DNA of 64,000 nucleotides from Octopus vulgaris (Eukaryota): the NCBI GenBank assembly GCA_951406725.2, contig OX597824.1:59334001-59398000 (forward strand). Reading direction: 5' to 3'. The position numbers and the translations under genes were made by a program. Below, one piece after another: positions 24,375 through 39,748 of the stretch (position 1 is its first letter; every line of letters starts with the position of its first letter). The notes under the pieces are model-generated. The model was given only the letters and a program-made list of their open reading frames with translations. It was not told the origin of the DNA and ran no database searches.

Positions 24375-25908
24375 CTAGAATTATGACCCGTCGTTGCCGG
24401 GTCATAGTGCTAGTGCATGTATATATGTGTATATATATGTGTACATATTACATGTACATCTATATATAAACATCTACACATAAAATACAAAATACAAAGT
24501 TATATCTTCATATCGCTAGTGATAACAATACTCAAAATATATAGCAGACTGGAATTGTAGGCCCGTCTCTTGCAATTTCGATCAATTGTATCTTGTCCTC
24601 CCTCTTGTATAGAAGTCTGGCTACAATCCAGCCTACCTCTACTTCTGGAGGGGGGGCATTTTAAATTTTTATCCGGGACGTCCTACGTCCCAGATATAAA
24701 GGTAAAAATAAAATATTTCCACTTTGCAAGGTTCCAGTCGAGTACTCCCTTGCACGCTCCGTTGACTCAAACCATGCTTCTATTCTGGTGAATTTACTAC
24801 CTCTGGTTAGATACTTGATATCTTTCATAGTCGCACCAAGACACTTTTCGATGGTGCTTTCCCCCAGGTGTTCAAATTTTTTTTTCTGTACATTGTATAC
24901 TTTATAGACAATAGTCTTTTCTTTAATTTAATTTTTTATTTCGTTTGGTGGTGTTATCATAGATTCACCGTCTTTGTCGGTGATCAATCTGAAATAGGTT
25001 TGTATTTCTTCCATTTTAATTTTAATGAGTTCGCGCCTGCCGACGGCTGCAGCGAAATTCATTTTTGGACTTTCTTCTATCGAAGGCATTCTAACAAATA
25101 TGCTTCCGTATAAACGGTGAAAATATTGTCAATTTCCCCAAACGGGAACACAATTCAATTTTTAAACAATAACCAAAGCTCCCAAATGGGGAGGGTTACA
25201 GTTTACAATTATTTAATAAATGCAACACAACAACGTTTCCCTTACGAGGAACCAACAAATGTGATAACAATAGTTAAACAGTAATAATAATAACAAACCT
25301 TATGGTGAAACAAAAAAGCAGTACGCAGTTGATTTAATTTTATTTATTCCCATTCATGTGAAACCACCTATTCAAGTTCAAGTCATTGATGCAATTTTAT
25401 ATCAATTGCTATTTTTACTTTTGTTTTGTTACGATTATATTATACTTTAGTTTGATTTTAAATATTAGTTACTACATATAATTCAATTGTTATTATTATC
25501 TCTAATTTTACAGTGAAAGTATCTGACATAAAATAGAGAAATGTTTTTGTTTCACTTTTAACACGCAATACTGAAATAGTGGAGAAGATATGATATTGCT
25601 ATGGGCTCGCCCTAGGCGAGAAGTTGAACATTTTTTTGCCCATGAAACTACATGGACGCTAAGTAAGGCATGTGTAAAATTTGAATGAAATTGGTTGTGT
25701 AGTTCTTAAGTTTTAGGGTATCGTAGTGGAGAAGATATGATATTGCTGTGGGCTCGCCCTAGGCAAAAAGTTAAAACTTTTTTTGCCGATGACACTCCCC
25801 GGACCCTAAGTAAGGCATGTGTAGAATTTTAATGAAATTGGTTGAGTAGTTCTCAAGTTTTAGGGAAACACAGACAGACACACATTCTCAGTTTTATATA
25901 TAGAGAGA
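24375..25908 (-). mobile_element. non-autonomous Helitron
   Basis: Minus 5' A|TCTCTCTATATATAAAACTG; 3' hairpin atgacccggcaacgacgggtcat then CTAG|T; ~147-bp internal duplication 25577-25720/25724-25865. Confidence 0.8.
24548..25089 (-). pseudogene. L1/Tx1-type ORF1 N-terminal fragment inside a Helitron
   Basis: Broken frame MPSIEESPKMNFAAAVGRRE...KYLTRGSKFTRIEAWFES...FLPLYLGRRTSRIKI*NAPPPEVEVGWIVA; resemblance judged by eye. Confidence 0.5.
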
Positions 25909-27229
25909 TTACATACGATGAAGATTTAATAAAGAGAGAAAAAAGAAGGGAGGAAGTGAAAAGATTTTTCACAATTTATGTTGTATTGCATTAAAAAGGA
26001 TTCTTTGTCGCTTGTTTTGTTCATGAGAGTTTGAAATGTTTGAAATGCTTTGATTAATATGTTTTAACGGTAAAGGATCAAGCTCTAATTGGTTGTTTTT
26101 GTCCGTCTATAATCTAATATTTCGACTGGCTGGCCGTCTTAGTATGTCACTTGGTTTATGGATGTTTTAGTCATATATTTTTGCTTTGGCAGAAGACCAG
26201 CGTTCTGGTTAGTTGACTTTCTGATGACTTCATTCGTTTGTGGAATGTTTAGGTCCCTTATTTTTACCAGTGAACTTATTCTTCTCTCACTTTAAAAAAA
26301 ACTAATCCTCACCACCAACTCTTACTTCTTACACATTTCCAACAACTTCCTTCCACTCTCATTCCGACCAGGAACTCCACATTTTCCTACTACATTTTCT
26401 ACTTCCCCCTTTTCCACCCGTGCATTCAAATCACCCAACACCACCACATAACCACTTTTCCCCACCTTATCTACACACTATGTCAGTTCCCTCCAGAACT
26501 CCTCCACATCTTCCTCACTCCTTTCACTCCCTGGACTATATGTACTAAAAGCGCTCACATCTCTCCTCTCCACCTTCATCTTAAACCACATTAAACTTGA
26601 AAACACTTCCCTCCACTCCACCACACTCTCCTTCACATGCTCACTTCCCAGCAAGGCTACTCCCTCATGAGCCCTCCCCTCTCACTCCCGACACTCGTCC
26701 AGTCACATCACTAAACTGGTACTTTCCCTTACTCTTCATCTTAGTTTCGCTAAGTGCTAGCACATCCGTCCTTCTCCTCATCATCACACTCTCTATATCT
26801 CTCCTCTTTACCTCACTTGTACTACACCCACACATATTCCAAGACCCAAGTACTAGGGTGAGATTAGATGTTAATCTTCTCCCACCCTGTGTCTTTTTCT
26901 TGTTTTTTTTAGGAATAGGAAATTACTAGGAGGAATGGATTTCCAGCCCCTTCGATCCCATCCCTTTTAGTCCCCTCTAACGCCACGTAGAGAATACGGC
27001 GACTGCATTCTACCGGTCACCCCCCCCCTCCAGTCGCAGGGGATTTGCTAGTTAACCCATAGCTGGGGCACTTACAGGTACTACCACTCCGGGCCAGAGT
27101 AGACATGGGAACACTAGTGGCTAAGAGGTGGTTCCATACTCCTCAAACCCTGAAAACAGGGCCCAGGGTCCCACTACCGGATGAAGTTTATAGTCATACC
27201 CAGGACTAAAACTCACATTTTCAGTGAGT

Positions 27230-27690
27230 GCAGTATACTAGCACAAAATGAGTATAAGTGCAGATATGACTGCGTAGGGAAAAGAGTGCACTGAAACGTC
27301 GAGTATGTGACTTCAAAACAATAGAAAAGTGGTATGAGCACAAACAAGAAGCTGTGATAGGAAATGAGAATTACAAGATCTTGAGAGACGGTTGAATCAA
27401 GATGACTAGACATGATGATAGAGGACAAAATAAACAAACTGCAAAATCATAAATTTTGCAATTCCCTATGATAGCAGAGTTGATACCAAAACCATTTTTT
27501 AAATCGAGAAATATCCGGATCTAGCCAGAGAGCAGATGAGACTGTGGAAGACTAACACAACAATTATTTCTGTTGTAATAGGTGTACTTGGCGCAACAAC
27601 ACAAATGCTACCTAAGAGACTGAAAGAAACTGGGATTGAGAGTCACATTGTCGAATTGCAGAAAAATACCATCCTATAAGAATTCTAAGA
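27230..27690 (+). mobile_element. R4/Dong-like LINE 3' (RLE) fragment
   Basis: KYRYDCVGK, FAIPYDSRV, KYPDLARE, VVIGVLGA, VELQKNTIL remnants. Confidence 0.7.
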
Positions 27691-27699
27691 AAAATGAGG

Positions 27700-30600
27700 C
27701 AGAAAATCCTGAATACGCTTGAAGTTGTAAGACATACAAGTATGAATGATAGAGAACCACTTCATAAACTCTCAAATACAAACCAAAATAAAAAAAAAAC
27801 AAATCCAAATTGGCAACTATGTAACAAATGAAATAATACAAGAATTAAAACTTGATTTTACTGAGTTAAATGAAATTATTTACGCTTCTGCTAGGTCAAT
27901 TGAAACCAGCTGTATGCCCCCGAAAAAACAAAGAAAACCAAACCTGGAAAGAAATCAAACCTGGAGAATTAAAATTGAAAAAGAGATTGAATTTATGAGA
28001 GGGGAAATATCAATATTAAATGAACTAATATGTGGAAATGATGTAAGATCCAGAACAGGAAGAAAGATGAAGAGAAAATTTGGATCCTCACCAAGAGAAG
28101 AACTGATATCAATAAAAGAAACGCTGAAACAAAAAGTCCAAGCAAAAGCCCAAAGAATACGAAGATTTGAAAAGAGAAACAAGTTTTACAAGCAAAATAA
28201 GCTGTTCACATCCAATGCCAAAAAATTCTACAGAGAAATAGGGAAGGAGAAAGTAACCACGGAAGAAGTTCAAAACTTCTGGAAAAGGATTTGGAGTGAC
28301 AAGAAGACGTACACATAAATGCAGACTGGATTATACAAACAGAAGGATCCTACCAAAATTTACAACAACAAGCATGGGAAGACATCACAATAGCAGACCT
28401 AAGAAAGGCACTCACGAAGGCCCATAATTGGAAAAACCCCGGTAAAGATAGGGTGCCGAATTTCTGGCTCTCATCGCTCCCATGCGCACACGGTAAGCTA
28501 GTTCAGCTGCTCAATGGATTTATGAGAGACCCAAAGAAAACACCTGAATGGTTAGCAAGTGGTATTACTTACCTACTCCCAAAGAATAACGAAACCAATC
28601 TTCCAAAAAACTATCGGCCTATAACCTGTCTATCCACCACGTATAAAATCCTAACATCTATCCTGGCGGAGAAAACATATGCATTCATGGAGAAGAACGA
28701 TATTTTCCCCATTGAACAAAAAGGGTGCCGCTGAGGCTCTTACGGATGCAAAGATCAACTGCTAATTAATCGTATGATCCTTGAGAACTGTCACAACAAG
28801 CGCAGAAATCTCAGCTCCGCATGGATTGACTATAAAAAGGCCTTCGACAGTATACCGCATCCATGGATCTTGAGATCGCTGGACATCTTCAAAATTTTCC
28901 CTGTGATTTCAAGCTTCCTGAAGCACAATATGTCGTTGTGGAATACGAATCGCCAATTATACCACTCTAATGGAGTACTTGCCTCAGAAAATATAAACAT
29001 CAACTGTGGAATTTTTCAAGGTGACTCACTTTCACCTTTAATATTCTGCATAGCCCTAATACCCCTTACAAGTGAATTAAACAGAACAGGGTATGGGTAT
29101 AAAATTGCCAATAAAAATATAAGCCATCTATTTTATATGGATGACTTAAAACTCTATGGTAAAGACAATAATGAACTTGAAGGGGTATTGCGCACTGTGA
29201 AAGCATTCAGCGATGACATCGGGATGGAGTTTGGGCTTGAGAAGTGTGCCAAGGCCACTTTCCAGAAAGGGAAAGTGAAGACCACAAATTCATTCGTGTT
29301 AGATATTGACACAGTCATAAGAGAGCTTGAGTAAGAACAAACATACAAATATTTAGGGATAAATGAAGGCTCTGGTATTCAGCATGCAAGCATGAAAGAG
29401 AAGATCAGGAAGGAATGTTATAGGAGAGTTCGTGCAGTCCTGAAATCTGAACTAAATGCACGTAACAAGGTGTTAGCTATAAACTCCTTAGCAGTTCCAG
29501 TTGTTACTTATAGCTACAATGTGTTGAACTGGAATATGAGTGAAGTAAAGAATATAGATAGGAAAATACGCAAGCTGCTGAGTTGTAATAGGATGCACCA
29601 CCCAAAGGCAGACGTAGATCGCCTTTACCTTCCCAGAGCCCAAGGAGGTCGAGGCCTGATCCAATTTGAACTAGCTTACAAAACAACCACAATTGGACTG
29701 GCCAAATATCTTGAAATAACGAATGACTGGATGCTAAATCTCGTGGAAAATCACGAGAGACGAAAGAAGCTTCATTCTATCATAAAGGAAAGCAAAAAAT
29801 TTGCTATTGATTTCGTGCAGGATACCCAAACTGAACAACCCGAGGGAAGTACGGCAACTATTGTTGCAAAGAATGGCAACGAAAAAAGCGCACGAGCAAT
29901 TGGCTGATAGGTGGGAGGAGAAACCTCTACACGGCAAATATGTGGCCAGTAGCAAATAAGCTGATGTTGACCACAAGCAAACCCATCAGTGGATACGGAG
30001 CTCAGAGTTAAAAGCAGAGAGCGAAGGTTTCATTCTGGCTGCTCAAGATCAAAGCCTATTAACCCGGAACTACCAGGCCAATGTGATGAAAAATGGAGCA
30101 GACCCAAAATGCCGATTCTGCAACGACATGACTGAAACAGTGGACCACCTAATCTCTGGATGTAAAGTCTTAGCACCAGTGGAGTATAAATTAAGACATG
30201 ACAGAGTTGGCCAATATCTACACTGGGTAATAAGTCGGCATTACAATATCAAAACTGCCGACAAGTGGTATAATCACCACCCTGAAGCTGTAACTGAAGG
30301 AGAAAATGTAACGATTCTGTGGGGCTTTCCAGTACATACAGACAGAACCATCAAAGCCAATAAACCGGATATTGTTGTGAAAGACCAAAACAATAAAGTT
30401 TGCTTATTGATCGACATGAGCATCCCTCTATGATCATAATATCTCGGCGAAAGAGTTTGACAAGCTCAGAAAATATAAAGACCTGCTCATTGAAATTGGG
30501 AAAATGTGGCATCTCAAGGCGGTTACAATACCAGTGATCGTAGGAGCACTAGGAATGATCAAGAAGGGAACCGAAAATTATATGAGAATGATCCCTGGCT

Positions 30601-30834
30601 TATCATCCCTGCAAGAAGTGCAAAAGATTGTCTTAACACGTATTGAGAAGAGCATTGTCGATGTGAGAACTATTACTACCCATGTATTTTAATTTAACTT
30701 TAAAAAAAAATGAACGAACTAGTGAGTTTAGTTTAATGGCCTACCAATGTATACTATGAGTTTCTTTGCCCTAGGAGTCGGGAAGACACTCGGCAAGAAA
30801 TGGAAGCAAATTTGAAAGAAGAGGGAAAAAAAAT

Positions 30835-30840
<6 letters not shown>
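27700..30840 (+). mobile_element. near-complete R4/Dong-like RLE non-LTR retrotransposon, RT-ZnF-RLE pseudogene
   Basis: NYRPITCL, EQKGC, AWIDYKKAFDSIPH, GIFQGDSLSP, HLFYMDDLKLY, ADVDRLYLPRAQGGRGL, CRFC..ETVDHLISGC, RHD, KPDIVV, PVIVGALG; several stops/frameshifts; 3' end runs into (AAT)n. Confidence 0.95.
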
Positions 30841-31101
<261 letters not shown>

Positions 31102-31440
31102 AAGGTATAAATGATGGGCTACAGCAAATATTCTGCTCAATACCACATATTTGCTTGTTAGTTGTTTGACCTTAACCAGTTGAGCATGTCCCTTAGTGGC
31201 TGACGATATGCGCATCTCTGATCACGAGCAGAAGTAGTTGGGGGGCATCATAGCCATGTGTTGAGAGCAATTCTTTAGAGTTTGAAATATTCACATCTGG
31301 AAATGTGTGTTTCGTTGAACATCCTTAAGCAACCCTTATTCAGGGACCATTTGAGCGAGATGGACTTATCGACTTGAAGAAAATTCTAACTGGGCACCAC
31401 CTGCAAGGTCATGCCCTGTTTATCTTGATATGAGATCCAG
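31102..31440. repeat. unclassified interspersed repeat (second copy ~52476-52727)
   Basis: gggctacagcaaatattctgctcaataccac...cacgagcagaagtag...catcatagccatgtgtt recurs at 52556-52700. Confidence 0.8.
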
Positions 31441-32859
31441 AGTTCGTTGAGGTGACACCCATTCACCCCATTATATTGAAGATATTTCAAAGTAAGAAGG
31501 AATACATAACTGAGTTGAAGTACCGACTATATCCGTATTTGAACTCTGAATTTTCATGGAATGAAACTCAGTACTTCTATGATATGTAATTGGACGCTCT
31601 AAACTTGCAGCCACTTCATCACTCCTAAATTACAAAATAACGATGAAATTTGGGTTTAATGAAACAATGGATAACACTTCACCTGAGTAGACGGTAATTT
31701 GAGATTTCATCAAAAGGGCTTGCTATGTTTTACTCAGGTGTGCATTCAACATTCTCTTCATTGTCATTTTCTTATCTTTTTATTTAATAATGAGGCTAGA
31801 CGGTTGACATTTAAATACCATTTCATATCAGCGCATTAGATTTATCTTGTCTTTAAGTGATGATATATATACATGGGATAAGAAAATATCTGTCTACAAG
31901 ATAAAATGTAATTAATGATATTTTCCATGCATTCCGTCTTTCTTTATCCTTTTCTCACTTCTCCCTTTTATTTATGTATTTATATTTATTTTGCGCTGAT
32001 GAATTTCGTCTAATCCATCATGATAGCTTGGCTTTTGAAGGCCTAACTTCCCCTATAAACAAATGCTGTGGTTTATATTACAACTGTGATTACTAAAGTA
32101 TATTTTAGTAGCTTGAAAAGAATTTGAATTTATATAACACTATTTTATTTTATTTCATTCTATTTTAGTTTTGAAACTAATGAATCTCTCTGGAAGAATT
32201 TTTCTGATAAACAGAAGACAAAGTAAGGAACTGATATGATAATACCTAAAATTTACATTAAAATTCATTTGTTTTGATATTTCTCTTGCATAAACATGTA
32301 GTCTAATACATTTAATTTGTCAATGGTTCACTCAGAAGAGGTAAGATAGTACCCTAAAAGACCATTAAGAATGGTGCCGGTTGGTGAGGAAGAAACTACC
32401 ATAAGAAGTAGCAATAGAAGATAGAACTCTAAGATATTGATTTATTTTCGGACAAGAGACCTAGTCCTAAATAATATAACAACTCCACTTCAGATACCCA
32501 AGAACCAGGTGGTGAGGGCGGCATTAAACATAGAGACTAATTTATTTTGCTAAGTTTGAAATTTGGGGAAATGAAAAGCTGTCAAATTCACAATCTGCTC
32601 CATAAGTGACAACGCACGAGTACAGAATGCATTAAGGCAAATGAGAAGTCACGGAATATTCACATACAAAGTTAATGTTGACATGAACAGTCATGAAAAA
32701 GAAGCTTAGAGTCTCACTGTTTGAAATGAGCAGGTATAAAAAGGAAAACTTACTGTCACTTGTTGAAACAGAATATTAAAGCTGAAAGAAATAGTTGACC
32801 ATCAGCTCTTTAAAGACTGTACATACATAAATACATACATACATACATACATACATACA

Positions 32860-32890
<31 letters not shown>

Positions 32891-34420
32891 CTTACAGGTT
32901 TTGGTATGCAGAAGACCCAAAGTGGCGGTTAAAGTTATGTAAGTGCAGCAGAAGGACCGTAGTTAGACTCTCGGTTCAATAATAGTATGAGTGAGGAGTT
33001 TAATACGGGTCGTGTGTGAGCGTGTATATGTTAACTAAAATGAAACAGTAAAGCCAAGGCAGTGTAAAATTTCTAGGACGTTTATGAAGAGAAAGGTAAC
33101 CTTACATCTGTTTCAGGAATATGAGGGTTATCCCTTCAACAGAGATGATATGAGAAAGTTAAATAGAGGGAAATAGTAGAGTTCAACATTAGAAGTTATT
33201 TTGGAAAGGAAGAGATAAAAGAAGTATAAAGGGAAATAACAGAATAAAAATAAAGATATATGTTGGATGTTACAGTTGTAGCTCCATTAACCAAGGAACG
33301 TGCTGTGTAGAATGAGTAGAAAGGCTTCTTGTCCATGGTAAGTCCTGATAGGAGTTCATATGTTGCTATTACAGATGGATAGTGTGCAAACAATAAATTC
33401 CATGTGCTGTTCATTCAAAAGGGTCTTGTAGTGTGAGTGAAATTTTGAGAAAGTTATCGTAGGGGTAAGTAGATAGAGAAAAGAGAATAGATATGAATGT
33501 TAAAAGGGGAATGGTATTGGTCAAAAGGAATAGGGGAGGAAAGAAGAAAGACAGAAAGAAAGGAAAGAGAAATAAAAACAAGTAGTGCTAGATGGTGGAT
33601 AAGATATAGTGCAGGGGAGGGGAGAAAAGAGCTATCAGTAGATAAAAGAAATGGAGGAGGGATAGAAGGAAGCGTTAAGAATGTAAGGAAGGAATATGTG
33701 TGAGACGAGGGTGATACGTTTGAAAGGTACTAAGGTGGAGAGATAGGTAAAGAAGATGGTACGGGTGAGTGTACTAAAAATGAGTAGTAAATCTCAAAGA
33801 GGGAGGGAAAATAATAAAATATAATGATCAGGTTTCTAAAAAGAGACGTAGGCATCTATTGTACTAGCTAAAATGATAGTGGCGGGTTGATGGATCAGTG
33901 AGAGAAAGAAAAATATGTATATAGATATATGCACACGCGCACACATATACATATAAATATGTATATACACTATTATATAGGCCCATATACTTATGTATCT
34001 ATACACATACGCATAGATAATTATCAATCGCCAAGGAAAAATTGAACGTCATGTACAGGTGAAGTCATAACATTGTTCCATTTCTTGAACAACAAAAACT
34101 TTTCTTCATTCTAATAATTCGATATAAATAACTACATATAAGTAATCTCTATCATTACATATAATTTAAACATTAATTTCCTTTTTATATCATATAACGT
34201 TTTTTCAAACAATATTAATAGCGTTCAGTTAATCACTATACATATCCATCATTTTCTGTTAAAATATCTTATTGTCGAGTTTCATTTCTTCACTTCCCTA
34301 AAGAGAAGATTACATTGTTTTACATCATTTTATTAGTTTGGAATAATATCAGTCATATCTTCGAAACATGTGTCAGAAGTAAAAGTATTTGAATTATACC
34401 TGCGTTAAACTCCATGTATA

Positions 34421-36656
34421 TCTCTTATTATAAAAGGCAGATTTTATCTGCCTCCCTTTGTCTCTTATAGAAATCTACAATATAGGATTTCTTCAATTAC
34501 AATTTACCTAGCATTTTTAAGAGTAGAATGCATCGGGTCGTGCCAGGTCCGGTTTTTAAACTTTCAACCCCAATTAAGCAAAATTTAGAGAAAACTCACA
34601 TTGTGGTGTGTAAGTGAAGTGCTTTTCTTAGTGTGGGCTACAGCACACACACACGCACACACACACAAACGGAGCGAACTGCTTCACTGACGCTATCACC
34701 CTAATTTCTCCTCCTTTCTCTTTGCAAGTGTGCAACGATTAAAGTGAAAGTAATTCACTTTTTGTAGTGAGTGACTGAGAGAGAGAGAGGTTATGTATGT
34801 ATATATGTATGGCTTCAGTGACACACACACAAAAACACATACCTACGTACACCTAAAGCACGCACACACACACACACACACAAGCGGAGCGCGAACTTCA
34901 AAAGAACTTCGCGCGCTGTCTATCTGGTTTGCCATTCCTCACACACACGCATACACACGCATACACATACATATATGACAGTGACAAACACAAACGTTTC
35001 AAACAACTACATACACACATACATACATACACACATACAGACACGTGTGTGCTTGTTATTAGTAAAAAAGGCGCCAAACACAACTCGCTTCTCATTCGAA
35101 CACATTTGCAAAAGCACACCGACGGTCGAATTGCCATAACAATACAGAAAAGGTAAATTGGTTTTTAATTTACTTTCTGTCGTTAAATTTTGGTAGTATT
35201 AATTGGCGAGCATACTTCTGTTGTCAATTGTTGACAGGAAGAAATTGTAAGCTAATAAGGTGTGTACGTATGTATTATGTGTGTATGTATGTATGTATGT
35301 ATGTATGTATGTATGTATGTATGTATGTATGTATGGATGTGTGTATATATTTGTGTATGTATGTATGTGTGTATGTATGTACGTATGTATGAATGTATGT
35401 GTGAATGTATGTATGTATGTATGTATTTATGTGTGTATGTATGTATGTGTGTATGTATGTATGTGTGTATGTATGTATGTGTGTATGTATGCACTTTATG
35501 TATGTATGTGTGTATGTATGTGTGTATGTATGTATGTATGGATGGATGTATGTATATATTTGTGTATGTATGTATGTGTGTATGTATGTACGTATGTATG
35601 AATGTATGTGTGAATGTATGTATGTATGTATGTATTTATGTGTGTATGTATGTGTGTATGTATGTATGTATGGATGTGTGTATATTTTTGTGTATGCGTG
35701 TATGTATGTACGTATGTATGAATGTATGTGTGAATGTATGTATGTATGTATGTATTTATTTATGTGTGTATGTATGTATGTGTGTATGTATGTATGTGTG
35801 TATGTATGTATGTGTGTATGTATGCATGTGTGTATGTATGCACTTTATGTATGTATGTGTGTATGTATGTGTGTATGTATGTGTGTATAAATACATACAT
35901 ACATACATACATACAAACACACATACATACACGCATACATAAGGTGTGTGTGTGTGTCTGTGTGTGTGTGTAGGAAGTGAAGGATAAAAATATGGCAAGA
36001 AGTGGACAGATGTACATATATACATACATACATCCATACATACATACATGTGTGTGTGTGTCTATGTATGTGTATTAATGTGTGTGTGTTATCTCTCTCC
36101 ATATAAAGCTGAAGTTGTCTGTGTGTGGCAGGTTTTGTAGCCTTCAACTAACACTATCTCCTCCGAGACCCTGCGGCACAAGTTGACCAAAATTGAGAGT
36201 ATGATAGAAGAAAGCTTGCTCTTCCTTCCGTAAAAGATAAAATTTAGATAGGACCATGTTAACATCAAAAATTATTTACATCAAAAAGGTGCTTTTTTTC
36301 TATGAAAAACCCCTATTTTTTAAGATGTATGGCAGGTTTGGTAGCCTTCAACTAACACTATATCCTCCGAGACCCTGCGGCACAAGTTGACCAAAATTGA
36401 GAGTATGATAGAAGAAGGCTTGCTCTTCCTTCCGAAGAACATAAAATTCAAATCGGACCATGTTAACACCAAAAGTTATTTACATCAAAAAGCTGCTTTT
36501 TTCTATGAAAATCCCTATTTTTTACAATTTTTTCACTGCTGTGTCGCCACTTTTCGGTGTATTTCGACCAGAAAAATGTTCACAAAATTTTTACTTTTCA
36601 AAATTACAATTCCAGCGGATCGAAACAAACCCGAGCAACGCCGGGCGATACTGCTA

Positions 36657-36657
<1 letters not shown>
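34421..36657 (+). mobile_element. non-autonomous Helitron carrying a (TATG)-based minisatellite
   Basis: 5' A|TCTCTTATTATAAAAG; 3' cccgagcaacgccggg hairpin, CTAG|T at 36654-57; ~200-bp internal duplication 36125-36322/36327-36525. Confidence 0.8.
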
Positions 36658-36740
<83 letters not shown>

Positions 36741-36859
36741 TCATGTATATATATATATATGAATATATAATACTTACATACAAATACTTACACACACACA
36801 CACAGTTCATCTCTGCATTTGCGAAACTCTGTCCAATTTTTGTTCTAATGGATCTACCA

Positions 36860-37760
36860 GTATGCATGTATTGACACGTTCCACATTTGTTATCATTAAA
36901 CTTGGATACTGTGAATGTTTTATGATGTTTGTTCATGCTGAATTTTGCCTTTGTTAATTGTTTCTTTAGGGTTGACTTTTGCTTAAGGCAAGTGTTTGAT
37001 CAGTTATGTTTTTTTAATTTTTCACTTTGTTTCATGACTGGCAAATTTGTTTTGATGATATTAAAAATGTTTTGGTGATGCGGATTGTGTGTCACTAGAA
37101 ATGGTATTGTGTTTCGTTGATGGGTTCGTCTTTCTCGTGTTGGCCTAAATGGTTCTATAGGGGTCTCTTTTGATCGTTGTATACTATTTCTCTAAGCAGG
37201 ATAGGGTAATTTTGTCTGAGCAGAAATCCTTTGAGATGTTTAAGTCGTATGTTTCCAGTATTTGGATCATCTACTATAATTCAAATTTTCCTGGCTAGAC
37301 AGTTCGGGATATTGCGTTTTGTGTGTGTTGGGTGGCATGATTTGAAATTTCGGTATTGTGTATCTGTGCTTTTGTAATAAATATCAGTTGTGATTGAGGT
37401 GTTGTTTTTAATTACCATTATGTCAAGAAGTGGTAATTGTGTGTTGCTCATTTCTCTTGTGAATTTGTGACAATGGTGTAGATTATTGAGGCAGGTGCTG
37501 AATCCTTCCATATTTTCTAGGGATTTGGTCTAAATTAAGAAACAGTCATCGAGATACTTTTCTATGTGTCCTCTATATATCTTTTAATGGTCATGCCGTA
37601 GTACTCTTAATTTTTTTTTTATAGGTTTTGTTCCTAGTATCACAAAACTGGAGCAAACGCGTCCCTATAGCTGTGCCTCAATTTGCAGGTAGTTTTTCCG
37701 TTGAAAAGTAATGTATTGTTTTCCTAGATGAGGCTTACCGCGTCTTCGTTGGTTTTTCGA
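36860..37760 (-). mobile_element. Penelope-like element RT remnant
   Basis: Minus: YLQI..., KYLDDCFLI, LPLLDIMV, TDIYYKSTDT, SCHPTHTKRNIPNCLARKI. Confidence 0.8.
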
Positions 37761-38071
37761 TGTGTATGTTTGCTATACCCATTAGGTAGATTATTGAACT
37801 GTTGTCACGTTTTACGATTGTTTAGGCAGTACATATGCTGCTCTAAATTAATAACCGTTGGAGGCCTTCACGGTGTGTAGATTGAAATCATTTGTCTAAA
37901 GCGGCAAAAGATTTTCCTGCGAACTTGGTTGAAACATGCGAACTGAAACTAGGTTGGACCAGAGGATATCATGATTCCTAAACCAGTTATTTGGCTTATT
38001 TGGTTTAGTTTCTTGTACAGAATTGGAACTATTTACTGTGTTATGAGCAGTTGGATTATTGTGTCGTTTGT

Positions 38072-38156
<85 letters not shown>

Positions 38157-38547
38157 CACACACACACAATGTAGATATAAAGACAAGAAATACTAAAGTA
38201 TTATTTCATTGATTACCCTCAGTTACACACTATTCGAAATTTGGCAGTTAACTTCCACGGATTTAACACAGAGTTTCACAGGCGTGCAAGAATTTACCTG
38301 ACCTTCCAGACGACCGAGGAAGTCTTTAAAGACTGTATATGTGTTTGTGTGTGCGTGTGTGTACTATTAGTACACACACGCACACACAAACACATATACA
38401 GACTCACACACACAACACGCACACAGATACACATACACACACCAACACACGCACTCACACACTCACAAACATACCCTTACGTATTTTACAGGACATAATC
38501 AGTGCTCTTGTTTTCTTTCTACACTTATATGTACATATATAATATAT

Positions 38548-38619
<72 letters not shown>

Positions 38620-38805
38620 GTGCGTATGGCTGTACATGCAAACATATATACATACATGTACATTTCTATGTACATATATGTACGTATAACTTATATACAC
38701 AACTCTCACCCTCTCTCTCTATATATATATGCATATATATACGCATATATATATATATGTATTTGTACATATTTATATATTTATGTGTGTGTATGCATAT
38801 ATATG

Positions 38806-38844
<39 letters not shown>

Positions 38845-39054
38845 TATGCATATATGTATGTATATCTATCTATTTATCTATTTATATAATCTATCTATAT
38901 ATATATATATATATAAACACACACGTAAACTATAATTAGATTGCTATTTATACCACACCCTATTCTAGAATTCACTAAATATACACACAAAAGCATTATC
39001 CTCTACATTTATACATTTAGAAGGGCGTGTTATACACACACACACACAGATATA

Positions 39055-39139
<85 letters not shown>

Positions 39140-39146
39140 GTATATG

Positions 39147-39178
<32 letters not shown>

Positions 39179-39191
39179 ATTTACACACACA

Positions 39192-39226
<35 letters not shown>

Positions 39227-39306
39227 GTGTGTGTGTATGTTCATGGAATGCCTGTAATTTGATAGGTGTGTGCGCGTGGTTATATGTATGTGTGTGTAAA
39301 TTATGC

Positions 39307-39364
<58 letters not shown>

Positions 39365-39697
39365 GTATATACACACATATACAGAGAGAGAAAAGTAAGG
39401 GAGGGTGAGAGTACCGTTATTTGACCAGTAGTTAACAATAATTAATTTGACTTTTCTTTTATTGACTTTTCATTTATTTATTTTGATTACAGTTTTTTTT
39501 GTTTTAAATCTATTTTTATCTCATTCTTTTCATATATTTATATTTTAGTTCATTTTATTTTTTATCACTTTTTCTCATTTTACACTTATTCTCATTTCAC
39601 TCTTCCACTTCTTTCGCCACATCTACACTGACTAGTATACATACGTACACACACACACCCATATATATATATATATATATACATGTTTGTGTGTGTA

Positions 39698-39748
<51 letters not shown>

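Noticed and set aside
26220-26250. CTGATGA core
   Set aside because: No downstream stem II-GAAA-stem III arrangement.
26930-27210. Possible HDV-like ribozyme in a GC-rich repeat-like segment
   Set aside because: Could not assign the nested double pseudoknot by eye; left unclassified.
32900-33500. Very old PLE remnant on minus strand
   Set aside because: Only faint resemblance (TARSLVNGA..TSN); insufficient motif support.
35262-35942. 226-aa ORF
   Set aside because: Pure (TATG)/(TG) repeat translation.
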